DNA from: Bdellovibrionales bacterium
Lineage (GTDB): Bacteria > Bdellovibrionota > Bdellovibrionia > Bdellovibrionales > UBA1609
NCBI GenBank assembly: GCA_965200875.1
Contig: OZ241456.1
Location: 1,561,774 to 1,625,773 of the forward strand
DNA: 64,000 bases
Direction: 5' to 3'
Position numbers and translations under genes: made by a program. The notes under the pieces were generated by a model that saw only the letters and a program-made list of their open reading frames with translations, was not told the origin of the DNA and did no database searches. This document shows, one piece after another, positions 20,329 to 28,672 of this stretch; position 1 is the stretch's first letter; each line of letters opens with the position of its first letter.

Positions 20329-20859
20329 ATGTCTTCCCAGTCAGAGTCTTCTTTTGAGGAATTGAGACAAAGAGCCTCTAATATACATTCTGTTCTCATG
20401 GATCGAAAACAAACCCTAGCTTTAGCTGAAAGCTTAACAGGGGGTCTGCTTTCTTATGTTTTGACAATAAAACCAAATGCCAGCCGGTTTTTTTTAGGTT
20501 CTATAGTTAGTTATTCTTATTTTGCCAAAACAAAGTTCCTAAATTTGCCCGAGGAATTATTGACCCAAAAGGGAGCTGTAAATGAATCTGCTTGCCAGCT
20601 GATGACACAAAGTGTTAAGAAAAACTGGAAAAGTGACTGGGCTTTGGCTGTCACAGGAGTGGCTGGTCCGGGAAAAATGGAGCATGATCCGGCTATAGGA
20701 GTGGGTTTTGTGGGGGTTTTAGGGCCTGACTTTGCAAAAGTGAAACAGTTTTTGCTCAAAAAAGAGACAGAGGAAAAAAAACGTCAGGACATACAGCATC
20801 AATCTGCTATTTTTGCATTGGATTTTTTGCAATCTTGTATAAAAATGGGCAAACAATAA
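20329..20859 (+). CDS. CinA C-terminal domain protein / nicotinamide-nucleotide amidohydrolase (PncC-like)
   Basis: LALAESLTGGLL and AVTGVAGPG motifs typical of the CinA/PncC domain. Sits directly upstream of recA. Confidence 0.75.
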   Translation: MSSQSESSFEELRQRASNIHSVLMDRKQTLALAESLTGGLLSYVLTIKPNASRFFLGSIVSYSYFAKTKFLNLPEELLTQKGAVNESACQLMTQSVKKNWKSDWALAVTGVAGPGKMEHDPAIGVGFVGVLGPDFAKVKQFLLKKETEEKKRQDIQHQSAIFALDFLQSCIKMGKQ

Positions 20860-20890
20860 ATAGAGCAACAAAAAATAGGAGGAAAAAGTT

Positions 20891-21985
20891 ATGAATGAAA
20901 AACAAAAAGCACTGGACTTGGCTATTACAGCCATTGAGAAACAATTTGGAAAAGGTTCCATTATGAAGTTGGGTGGAGGCCAGTCCATTTACGATAATGT
21001 GCCGGTTTATAGCACCGGATCGCTGGGCTTGGATATTGCTCTGGGTATTGGAGGACTTCCAAGAGGAAGAGTGGTGGAAATTTTTGGGCCGGAAAGCTCC
21101 GGGAAAACCACTTTGGCACTCACTACTGCCGCTCAGGCACAAAAAGCCGGTGGCACAGTGGCTTTTGTGGATGCTGAACACGCCTTGGATACCAATTACG
21201 CGGGAAAGCTTGGAGTGAATGTGCCAGATATGTTGATCTCTCAACCCGATGCGGGAGAGCAGGCCCTAGAAATAACGGAAACCCTAGTTCGCTCAGGAGC
21301 GATTGATGTTTTGATTGTGGATTCGGTTGCGGCTCTTACTCCCAAAGCGGAGATAGAGGGAGATATGGGGGATTCCCACATGGGCCTTCAGGCGCGCCTT
21401 ATGTCTCAAGCTCTTCGAAAACTCACCGCGGCTATTAACCGAAGCGGAACTTTGGTGATTTTCATCAATCAAATCAGAATGAAAATAGGTGTGATGTTTG
21501 GAAATCCTGAAACCACCACTGGAGGAAATGCCCTAAAATTTTACTCTTCGGTTCGTTTGGATGTGAGAAGAGTGGCGGCTTTGAAAAAAGGGGATCAGGT
21601 GATAGGAAACAAAACCGTAGTGAAAGTGGTGAAAAACAAAATGGCACCTCCTTTTCAACGCGCGGAATTTGACTTAATGTACGGAACAGGAATTTCCCAA
21701 TCTGCTGAGTTGCTGGACTTGGCCTGCAAGAAGGAGATCGTGCAGAAGTCAGGAGCTTGGTATAGCTTTGAAGGAAATAAAATTGGACAGGGAAGAGATA
21801 TGGCCAGGATCTTCCTAGATGAAAATCTCCCAACCAGAAATAAAATCCAACAGGCGGTTTTCAAGGCTTACAGTGTAAAAATAAATACCTCTCAAAGTGA
21901 GCCTTCCAAAGGAAACACACAGGGTAAAGGATCTATGTCGGCAGGTACAGGTAGAAAATCACCAAATGGGAAAACTCCTGCTTAG
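20891..21985 (+). CDS. recA: Recombinase A
   Basis: Near-canonical RecA sequence: [22 protein letters not shown]2 loop region, and [29 protein letters not shown]. Confidence 0.97.
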   Translation: MNEKQKALDLAITAIEKQFGKGSIMKLGGGQSIYDNVPVYSTGSLGLDIALGIGGLPRGRVVEIFGPESSGKTTLALTTAAQAQKAGGTVAFVDAEHALDTNYAGKLGVNVPDMLISQPDAGEQALEITETLVRSGAIDVLIVDSVAALTPKAEIEGDMGDSHMGLQARLMSQALRKLTAAINRSGTLVIFINQIRMKIGVMFGNPETTTGGNALKFYSSVRLDVRRVAALKKGDQVIGNKTVVKVVKNKMAPPFQRAEFDLMYGTGISQSAELLDLACKKEIVQKSGAWYSFEGNKIGQGRDMARIFLDENLPTRNKIQQAVFKAYSVKINTSQSEPSKGNTQGKGSMSAGTGRKSPNGKTPA

Positions 21986-21987
21986 TA

Positions 21988-22058
21988 GCCTGTGAAAAAG
22001 GTGTTTTATACAACTAAAAGCCAAGTTGTTGGCTTTTAGTCCCGTGAAAACGGAAATC
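21988..22058. repeat. Family-A repeat, half copy, between the convergent recA and tadA genes
   Basis: CCTGTGAAAAAGGTGTTTTATACAA, then hairpin CTAAAAGCCAA-GTTG-TTGGCTTTTAG, then CCGT-GAAA-ACGG. It overlaps the last 7 codons and the stop of tadA. Confidence 0.85.
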
Positions 22059-22066
22059 TTTTTTTT
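22014..22066 (+). terminator. Candidate intrinsic terminator for recA, built from the repeat hairpins and possibly bidirectional
   Basis: 11-bp stem with GTTG loop at 22014-22039, a 4-bp GAAA-tetraloop hairpin at 22042-22053, then a T8 run at 22059-22066. Confidence 0.5.
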
Positions 22067-22482
22067 CGAAAAAAGCTCTTTAAAAGCTTTGAGCTTTCTT
22101 TGGCTAAAATTCCCTGATGAATCTCCACACGATGGTTGAGCCTTGAGTCCTCGGTGATTTGATACAGGGAATGAACAGCTCCAGCTTTGGAATCTTTACA
22201 GGCATATACCAGTCGTTTCAGACGGGTGGCCACAATGGCACCGGCACACATGGGGCAAGGTTCTAAAGTGACATAAAGAGTGCAATCATTCAGTCGCCAA
22301 GTGTTTAGTTTAAGGGAAGCTTGTTCTATCGCGAAAATCTCTGCGTGAGCAGTGGCTTTTTGAGATAATTCTTTTTGATTAAAAGCCTCAGCAATTATCT
22401 CATTTTCCCGAACAATCAAAGCCCCTACTGGCACTTCTCCTATTGTTCCTGCTTTTTCTGCAAGCTTAAAGGCTTTTTTCAT
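22036..22482 (-). CDS. tadA: tRNA adenosine(34) deaminase
   Basis: HAEIFAI (H-A-E) and PCPMCAGA zinc-binding motifs. Start placed at MKKAFKLAEKAG rather than at the longer ORF start. Confidence 0.85.
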   Translation of the reverse strand: MKKAFKLAEKAGTIGEVPVGALIVRENEIIAEAFNQKELSQKATAHAEIFAIEQASLKLNTWRLNDCTLYVTLEPCPMCAGAIVATRLKRLVYACKDSKAGAVHSLYQITEDSRLNHRVEIHQGILAKESSKLLKSFFRKKRFPFSRD

Positions 22483-22761
22483 AAAAAACAGATCTTCACA
22501 TTTATCTTTCAAAATAAAACAGCTCCTAAGTTTTGTTTTAAGACTCTCTGACTTATGGGTGCAAAATAAAGCTGTTCCCAACTTAATGACAGATATAAGA
22601 CTTTAGTATCCATAAATACCTTGGAAAATATCAGAAATCTTTGACTTTTTAAAGCTTTTTTGGCAATTTTCCTACTTGTTTATTTCTTTAGCGTTGGAAA
22701 AGAGTAGAGAAGCTACACCTTTTATTGAAGAAGCAAAAACTTTAAGGGTGAAAGAAACAAG

Positions 22762-24258
22762 ATGAAAAAAAATATTGATATTCCAAAAAATAATGTTACG
22801 CGAGTGCGCTTTGCTCCAAGCCCCACCGGCTGGTTGCATCTGGGAGGTGCACGCACAGCTTTGATAAACTATCTTTTTGCAAAAAATCAAAAAGGCACTT
22901 TTGTTTTACGGGTAGAGGATACAGATCTGGAAAGAGGAAAAGACACTTTCCTGAGGCAACAATTAAATAATTTAAAGTGGCTGGGTTTGGATTGGGATGA
23001 AGGCCCTCACCAGGAAACTTTGAAAGACCAAGGAGCTTATGGACCTTATCGTCAGAGCCAAAGACTGCCTCTTTATCAGAAATACTCCAGGGAACTGGTG
23101 CAATCCGGTAAAGCGTATTATTGTTTTTTAACAGACAAAGAGGTTCAGAAAATCAAACAATCTGCTCTGAAAAAAAATGAGCCTGCCCGGGTAAAAAGTC
23201 CCTATAGGGATAACAGTTTGGAACAAGCAAAAGAGAGGATTGCAAAAGGAGAATCAGCGGTTATTCGGTTTAAAGTTTCTGAAGTGAAGAAAACTTATGT
23301 GCTGACTGATATTGTGAGAGGAGAAGTGTCTTTTCCTTCGGATATGGTAGGAGATTTTGTGCTGATGAGATCTTCCGGTTTGCCGGTGTATAACTTCGCC
23401 TGTGCAGTGGATGACTATTCCATGAAAATATCACATATCTTTCGTTCGGAAGAGCATTTGGCCAATACCCTTCGGCAATTAATGATTTTTGAGGCTTTCG
23501 ACTGGCAGGTTCCGCTCTATGGGCATTTGTCTTTGATTTTGGGAGAAGATCGTAAAAAGCTCAGCAAACGTCATGGTGCTGTAAGCCTTGAAGAATATAA
23601 AAAAGGAGGATACTTAACTTCCGCTCTTTGTAACTTTCTGGTTCTTATGGGCTGGAATCCCAAGACAGAACAGGAAATTTTTTCTCTTCCTGAATTAATA
23701 AAATGTTTTTCTTTAAAAGGTTTAAATTCCTCTCCAGGAGCTTTTGATGTCAAAAAACTGGATTGGATCAACAATCAACACCTGAAAAACAAAACGGATG
23801 AACAATTATGGGAAAAATTACAACCTTTTTTTACAGAGGAAAACTTACAGTTTCCTGCGTCTTCTGAGTGGAGAAAAAAAGCGATTCAATCTTTAAGAGA
23901 TTCTTTTACTTCATTGCCAGAGGCCGTGGAAATTTTTCGATTTTTGTCAAAAAGTCATTTTAAAGTGGATGAAAGAGCAAAAGAGGTTTTGTGTTGGCCT
24001 TCCACTTCTTTGGTGTTAAAAGAGTGGCAATCTTTTTTGGAGTCCTTTACTGATAAGGAAATAAGTCGAGAGACTTTTTCTGAAATTTGTAAAAATATTC
24101 AAAAGAAAACTCAGGTAAAAGGAAAGTTTTTATTTATGCCAATCAGGACAGCGGTTTTAGGCAAACCTCAGGGAGTGGAGTTAAAAACCATTATCCCCTT
24201 AATTAGCTGTGACATTTTGCTTAAGAGGGTTATTGCGTTGAGAGAAAGTCAGATCTAA
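22762..24258 (+). CDS. gltX: Glutamate-tRNA ligase
   Basis: RFAPSPTGWLHLGGARTAL (HIGH region) and KLSKRHG (KMSKS). Confidence 0.92.
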   Translation: MKKNIDIPKNNVTRVRFAPSPTGWLHLGGARTALINYLFAKNQKGTFVLRVEDTDLERGKDTFLRQQLNNLKWLGLDWDEGPHQETLKDQGAYGPYRQSQRLPLYQKYSRELVQSGKAYYCFLTDKEVQKIKQSALKKNEPARVKSPYRDNSLEQAKERIAKGESAVIRFKVSEVKKTYVLTDIVRGEVSFPSDMVGDFVLMRSSGLPVYNFACAVDDYSMKISHIFRSEEHLANTLRQLMIFEAFDWQVPLYGHLSLILGEDRKKLSKRHGAVSLEEYKKGGYLTSALCNFLVLMGWNPKTEQEIFSLPELIKCFSLKGLNSSPGAFDVKKLDWINNQHLKNKTDEQLWEKLQPFFTEENLQFPASSEWRKKAIQSLRDSFTSLPEAVEIFRFLSKSHFKVDERAKEVLCWPSTSLVLKEWQSFLESFTDKEISRETFSEICKNIQKKTQVKGKFLFMPIRTAVLGKPQGVELKTIIPLISCDILLKRVIALRESQI

Positions 24259-24312
24259 CTTTTGTATTTTTGCATTTCATTATGGAGTAAAACTTGGATT
24301 AAAGAGGTGCTT

Positions 24313-25272
24313 ATGAAATCTTTTTTGCCTTTATTAACAGATGTGTTACAGGTCACCCATTCTGGGGCTTTAGCCTGCTTTGATCACATTGGTTCTGGAA
24401 ACCGTAACTTGGCTGACAAAGTTGCTGTAAACGCCATGAGACAGGCTTTTCAAAATGTTCCCATTAAAGGAAAAGTGGTGATTGGAGAAGGAGAAAGAGA
24501 TTCAGCACCTATGCTTTATATTGGAGAAAAGGTTGGTATGTGGGAAACACATCAAAGAGAGTGGGATATTGCTGTAGATCCCCTAGAGGGCACTAATCTT
24601 TGCGCCAAGGCCATTGGAGGAGCTATATCTGTTTTGGCACTTTCTGAAAAAGGCAGTTTGTTTAACGCACCTGATGTGTATATGGAAAAAATAGCTTGCG
24701 GACCATCCGCCAAAGGAGCTATTTCTTTGAATCAAAGTGTGGAAGACAATTTGAAATCCGTCAGCAAGGCTTTGGATAAAAATATTTCCAATGTGACTGT
24801 GGCTGTTCTGGATCGCCCTCGTCACAAAAAATTAATTCAATCCATTTACGCTTTAGGTGCACGAGTACATTTAATAGAAGATGGAGATTTGTCGGCTTCC
24901 ATTTTAACAGCTTGGAAAGAGCAAAGAGATGATGTATCAGTGGACTTAATAATGGGAACAGGTGGCTCTCCTGAGGGAGTTCTTTCGGCCAGTGCTCTTA
25001 AGTGTTTGGGTGGAGATTTTCAGGGTCGACTGGTTTTTCAAAATAAAGAGGAGAAAAAACGAGCAATGGAAATGGGTGTCACAAAACCTGATAAAATATA
25101 TAAAATGGATGAACTTGTAAAAACTCATGTTGTATTTTGTGCTACAGGGGTGACCAATGGCCCTTTATTAAAAGGGGTGACAAAAAAACAAGGAAGAATG
25201 GAAACAGAAAGTCTTTACATGAGTTCTTCCACAAAAGAATGTGTTAAAATTCGTGTCTCCAAACAAATATAA
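24313..25272 (+). CDS. glpX: Fructose-1,6-bisphosphatase class II
   Basis: GlpX-type sequence with DIAVDPLEGTN and GTGGSPEGVLSA. Start moved to the ATG at 24313. Confidence 0.85.
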   Translation: MKSFLPLLTDVLQVTHSGALACFDHIGSGNRNLADKVAVNAMRQAFQNVPIKGKVVIGEGERDSAPMLYIGEKVGMWETHQREWDIAVDPLEGTNLCAKAIGGAISVLALSEKGSLFNAPDVYMEKIACGPSAKGAISLNQSVEDNLKSVSKALDKNISNVTVAVLDRPRHKKLIQSIYALGARVHLIEDGDLSASILTAWKEQRDDVSVDLIMGTGGSPEGVLSASALKCLGGDFQGRLVFQNKEEKKRAMEMGVTKPDKIYKMDELVKTHVVFCATGVTNGPLLKGVTKKQGRMETESLYMSSSTKECVKIRVSKQI

Positions 25273-25284
25273 AGGAAGCAAAAA

Positions 25285-25614
25285 ATGAAAACAGTACATT
25301 GTTATCATTGTGGCAAGCAAGTGAAACTGGAATATAAAATCAGTTTTCGGGAAGAGTGTTTGCACTGCAAAGCAGACTTGCATATTTGTCGTAACTGCCG
25401 ATTTTACGATAAGTTGGCTTATAATGAATGTAAAGAATCTTCTGCCGAAAAAATCCAGGATAAAGAAAAAAACAATTACTGTGAATATTTTGATCCCTCT
25501 TCAGAAAATCAGGGAAAACCTCAGCTTTTGGAAAGAGAAAAACTGTTACAATCAGCGGAAGCCTTGTTTAAAAAAGACTTTCAATCAGGCGATACGAAAA
25601 ATGACAAACTTTAA
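25285..25614 (+). CDS. Small cysteine-rich zinc-ribbon protein, unknown function
   Basis: CxxC pairs (CYHCGK, CLHCK, CRNCRF) plus additional Cys residues (CKES, CEYF). Overlaps the gcvP start by 14 nt. Confidence 0.5.
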   Translation: MKTVHCYHCGKQVKLEYKISFREECLHCKADLHICRNCRFYDKLAYNECKESSAEKIQDKEKNNYCEYFDPSSENQGKPQLLEREKLLQSAEALFKKDFQSGDTKNDKL

Positions 25615-28600
25615 AAACATAAAAGCTGAGAAAAGGGATGAACTTTCCCTCCACCAGCATATTGAACCACCTACTCCCTCTCTGAAAAATCAAAAGAACA
25701 GAAACTCTGAGTTTTCCCGCCGACATATTGGCCCAACAAAAAAAGATATTTCAGAAATGTTAAAAACCCTTAACTGCAAAACACTGGATGAACTGATTGA
25801 AAAGTCCGCTCCTTCTGAAATTCTTACCCAAAAAGAGTTACATCTTCCAGAACCTCTCAGTGAAGAGGAATGTCTGAAAGAACTGAAAAATCGCGCACTG
25901 AAAAACAAAGTTTTTAAAAACTATATTGGCATGGGTTATTATGAAACCAACCTGCCCAAAGTGATCCAAAGAAATATTTTGGAAAACCCCGTATGGCTCA
26001 CCTCCTACACCCCTTATCAATCAGAAATATCTCAAGGGCGTCTTCAAGCCCTTTTGAACTTTCAAACCATGATTTTGGAACTGACAGAAATGGACACAGC
26101 CAATAGTTCTTTATTGGATGAAGGCACTTCTGCCGCGGAAGCTATAAGCATAGCCGTCAATAACCGGCAAGACCACAAAGTAAATGACATATTTATCGAT
26201 GAATATATTTTTCCTCAAACAAAAGAAGTGATTACAACCAGAGCCAAATCCATTGGATTGAATGTTATCGTGGGAAAAGCGACCCATATTAATTTTAACC
26301 AACAAAAATTTATTTGTACTGTTATTCAATATCCTGACTCCAGAGGAGAAGTGTATGATTGGGAATCTTTTTGCAAAAAAGCCAAAAAGCAGGATATCAT
26401 TTCCATATTTGTTGCTGACCCGCTCAGTTTATGCCTGCTAAAAACTCCAGGATCTATGGGGGCAGACATCGTAGCTGGCTCCTGCCAAAGAATGGGGATT
26501 CCTCTTTTCTTTGGTGGCCCTCATGCTGGTTACATTGCTGTAAAAGAAAAATATACCCGCTCTCTTCCGGGTCGGATTGTGGGGGTTTCTAAAGATCGTC
26601 ACGGGAAAAAAGCACTCCGGCTGGCTCTTCAAACAAGAGAGCAACATATCCGCCGGGAAAAAGCCACCAGCAACATTTGTACAGCACAAGCTCTTTTAGC
26701 CGTTTTATCCGGCATGTATGCTCTCTACCACGGACCAAACGGTTTAAGACAAATAGCCTCGCGTATTCACCTGTTGGCACTCAGTCTCAATGCTTCTTTA
26801 AGAAAAATAAATGTCACGCCAAAAAACAAGGGAAATATTTTTGATACTGTACAAATAGAATTGCCGACAAATAAAGCAAACGCTCTTTATGAAAAGTTTA
26901 TTCAAAATAAAATCAATATCGCAAAAATTCCACTTTGTGAGGCAAAGAAAAACACAGGCGAAAACATTGACAATACCGCGAGCAACAAAACACCAAACTC
27001 TGTAAAAGACAGTACTCACATAAACGGCAACACCTTACTTTCTTTTTCCATCAACGAAACCACTACAGAAGAAGACATAAAAGAAATTCTATTTTTAATA
27101 AAAGAGGGTCTGGAGGAAACAACAGAAAATGCTATGAAAAATATATTTCAAAATATTTCCTGCACCTACTTACCAGAAAAACTTATAAGAAAAACACCTT
27201 GTCTTAAACACCCCATGTTTCAAACTTATCATTCTGAAATCCAAATGCTTCGTTACATTCATCATCTGCAAGAGGGAGATCTATCGCTTACCCATTCTAT
27301 GATCCCTCTTGGTTCCTGCACCATGAAACTAAACGGAACCACAGAGCTTATGCCAGTAAGCTGGCCTGAGTTTTCATGTATTCATCCTTTTGCTCCCCCG
27401 TCTCAAACAAAAGCTTACACGCAAGTTATAAAAGAGCTGGAGCAATATTTATGTGAGATCACAGGCTTTAGTGCTGTGTCCTTTCAGCCCAACGCCGGTT
27501 CTCAAGGGGAATATGCTGGGCTTCTTATTATCCGCCGTTACCATGAACAACAAAAAAACAAAGAGAGAAACATTTGCCTTATCCCCTCCTCTGCCCACGG
27601 AACCAACCCAGCCTCCGCCATTATGGCAGGCTTAAAACCAATCACTGTAAATTGCGACAAAAAAGGCAATATTTCCAGAGAGGATTTACAAGAAAAAATC
27701 CACAAACACAAAAAAGAATTGGCAGTTTTTATGTTGACCTTTCCATCCACTTTCGGGGTGTTTGAAGAGCGTGTTCCTGAAATTTGTGAATGGGTGCACT
27801 CAGCTGGGGGATTGGTTTACCTAGATGGTGCAAATATGAACGCCTTAATAGGAATCAGTCGCCCGGCGGAATGGGGTGCGGATGTTTGTCATCTCAACTT
27901 ACACAAAACTTTTTGCATCCCTCACGGAGGAGGTGGGCCTGGAGTGGGTCCTGTTGCTGTGACAAACACTTTAAAAAAGTTTCTGCCAAGTCATCCAGTC
28001 ATTCCTGAGTGTGGACCAGAGGAAGGCATAACTGCTGTCAGCTCCGCTCCTTATGGAAGTGCCGGCATTTTGATGATTCCCTGGGCTTATATTCGCCTTA
28101 TGGGAGCAAAAGGTCTTAAAACTGCCACAAAAACAGCAGTTCTAAACGCTAACTATATAGCTCAAAAACTCAAGGCACACTATAAAATTCTTTACACAGG
28201 AAAAAACAACAAAGTAGCGCATGAATGTATTGTGGATTTTAGAAAATTCAAAAACACCGCAGAGATCACCGTGGATGATGTGGCAAAAAGGCTCACTGAC
28301 TATGGCTTTCACGCACCAACCATGAACTGGCCTGTACCTGGAACTCTTATGATTGAACCTACCGAAAGCGAAGATAAACAGGAGCTGAATCGCTTTTGTT
28401 CTGCACTTATTGAAATACGAAAAGAAATTCAAGAGATTGAAGAGAAAAAAGCAAGCCTGAAAAACAATGTTCTGAAAAATGCTCCTCACACTTTGGAAGA
28501 CGCCTTACAGGAAAACTGGAGCTTTCCCTATTCAAAAGAACAGGCTTTTTACCCTCTCCCTTGGGTCAGGGAACATAAGTTTTGGCCAAAAACCTCCCGC

Positions 28601-28657
28601 GTGGAAAATGCTTACGGCGATATTAATCTTTTTTGCTCCTGCCCGCCGCTTGTTTAA
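25601..28657 (+). CDS. gcvP: Glycine dehydrogenase (decarboxylating), single-chain P protein
   Basis: Full-length GcvP-like sequence with the PLP-lysine region NLHKTFCIPHGGGGPG. Start placed at the ATG at 25601 (MTNFKNIK); the upstream ORF extension overlaps the previous gene. Confidence 0.9.
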   Translation: MTNFKNIKAEKRDELSLHQHIEPPTPSLKNQKNRNSEFSRRHIGPTKKDISEMLKTLNCKTLDELIEKSAPSEILTQKELHLPEPLSEEECLKELKNRALKNKVFKNYIGMGYYETNLPKVIQRNILENPVWLTSYTPYQSEISQGRLQALLNFQTMILELTEMDTANSSLLDEGTSAAEAISIAVNNRQDHKVNDIFIDEYIFPQTKEVITTRAKSIGLNVIVGKATHINFNQQKFICTVIQYPDSRGEVYDWESFCKKAKKQDIISIFVADPLSLCLLKTPGSMGADIVAGSCQRMGIPLFFGGPHAGYIAVKEKYTRSLPGRIVGVSKDRHGKKALRLALQTREQHIRREKATSNICTAQALLAVLSGMYALYHGPNGLRQIASRIHLLALSLNASLRKINVTPKNKGNIFDTVQIELPTNKANALYEKFIQNKINIAKIPLCEAKKNTGENIDNTASNKTPNSVKDSTHINGNTLLSFSINETTTEEDIKEILFLIKEGLEETTENAMKNIFQNISCTYLPEKLIRKTPCLKHPMFQTYHSEIQMLRYIHHLQEGDLSLTHSMIPLGSCTMKLNGTTELMPVSWPEFSCIHPFAPPSQTKAYTQVIKELEQYLCEITGFSAVSFQPNAGSQGEYAGLLIIRRYHEQQKNKERNICLIPSSAHGTNPASAIMAGLKPITVNCDKKGNISREDLQEKIHKHKKELAVFMLTFPSTFGVFEERVPEICEWVHSAGGLVYLDGANMNALIGISRPAEWGADVCHLNLHKTFCIPHGGGGPGVGPVAVTNTLKKFLPSHPVIPECGPEEGITAVSSAPYGSAGILMIPWAYIRLMGAKGLKTATKTAVLNANYIAQKLKAHYKILYTGKNNKVAHECIVDFRKFKNTAEITVDDVAKRLTDYGFHAPTMNWPVPGTLMIEPTESEDKQELNRFCSALIEIRKEIQEIEEKKASLKNNVLKNAPHTLEDALQENWSFPYSKEQAFYPLPWVREHKFWPKTSRVENAYGDINLFCSCPPLV

Positions 28658-28672
28658 CTGATACATAACACT

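Noticed and set aside
20807-21244. 145-aa antisense ORF across the recA start region. Similar antisense ORFs occur inside smc, alaS, gcvP, res, mod and other genes
   Set aside because: They sit opposite strongly conserved genes and have low-complexity or odd composition. No independent start signals are evident. They are typical shadow ORFs.
25424-25600. Longer 1077-aa version of the gcvP ORF starting at 25424
   Set aside because: The extra 59 codons overlap the zinc-ribbon ORF in another frame and show no GcvP-like sequence. The ATG at 25601 begins the region that leads into GcvP-like sequence.
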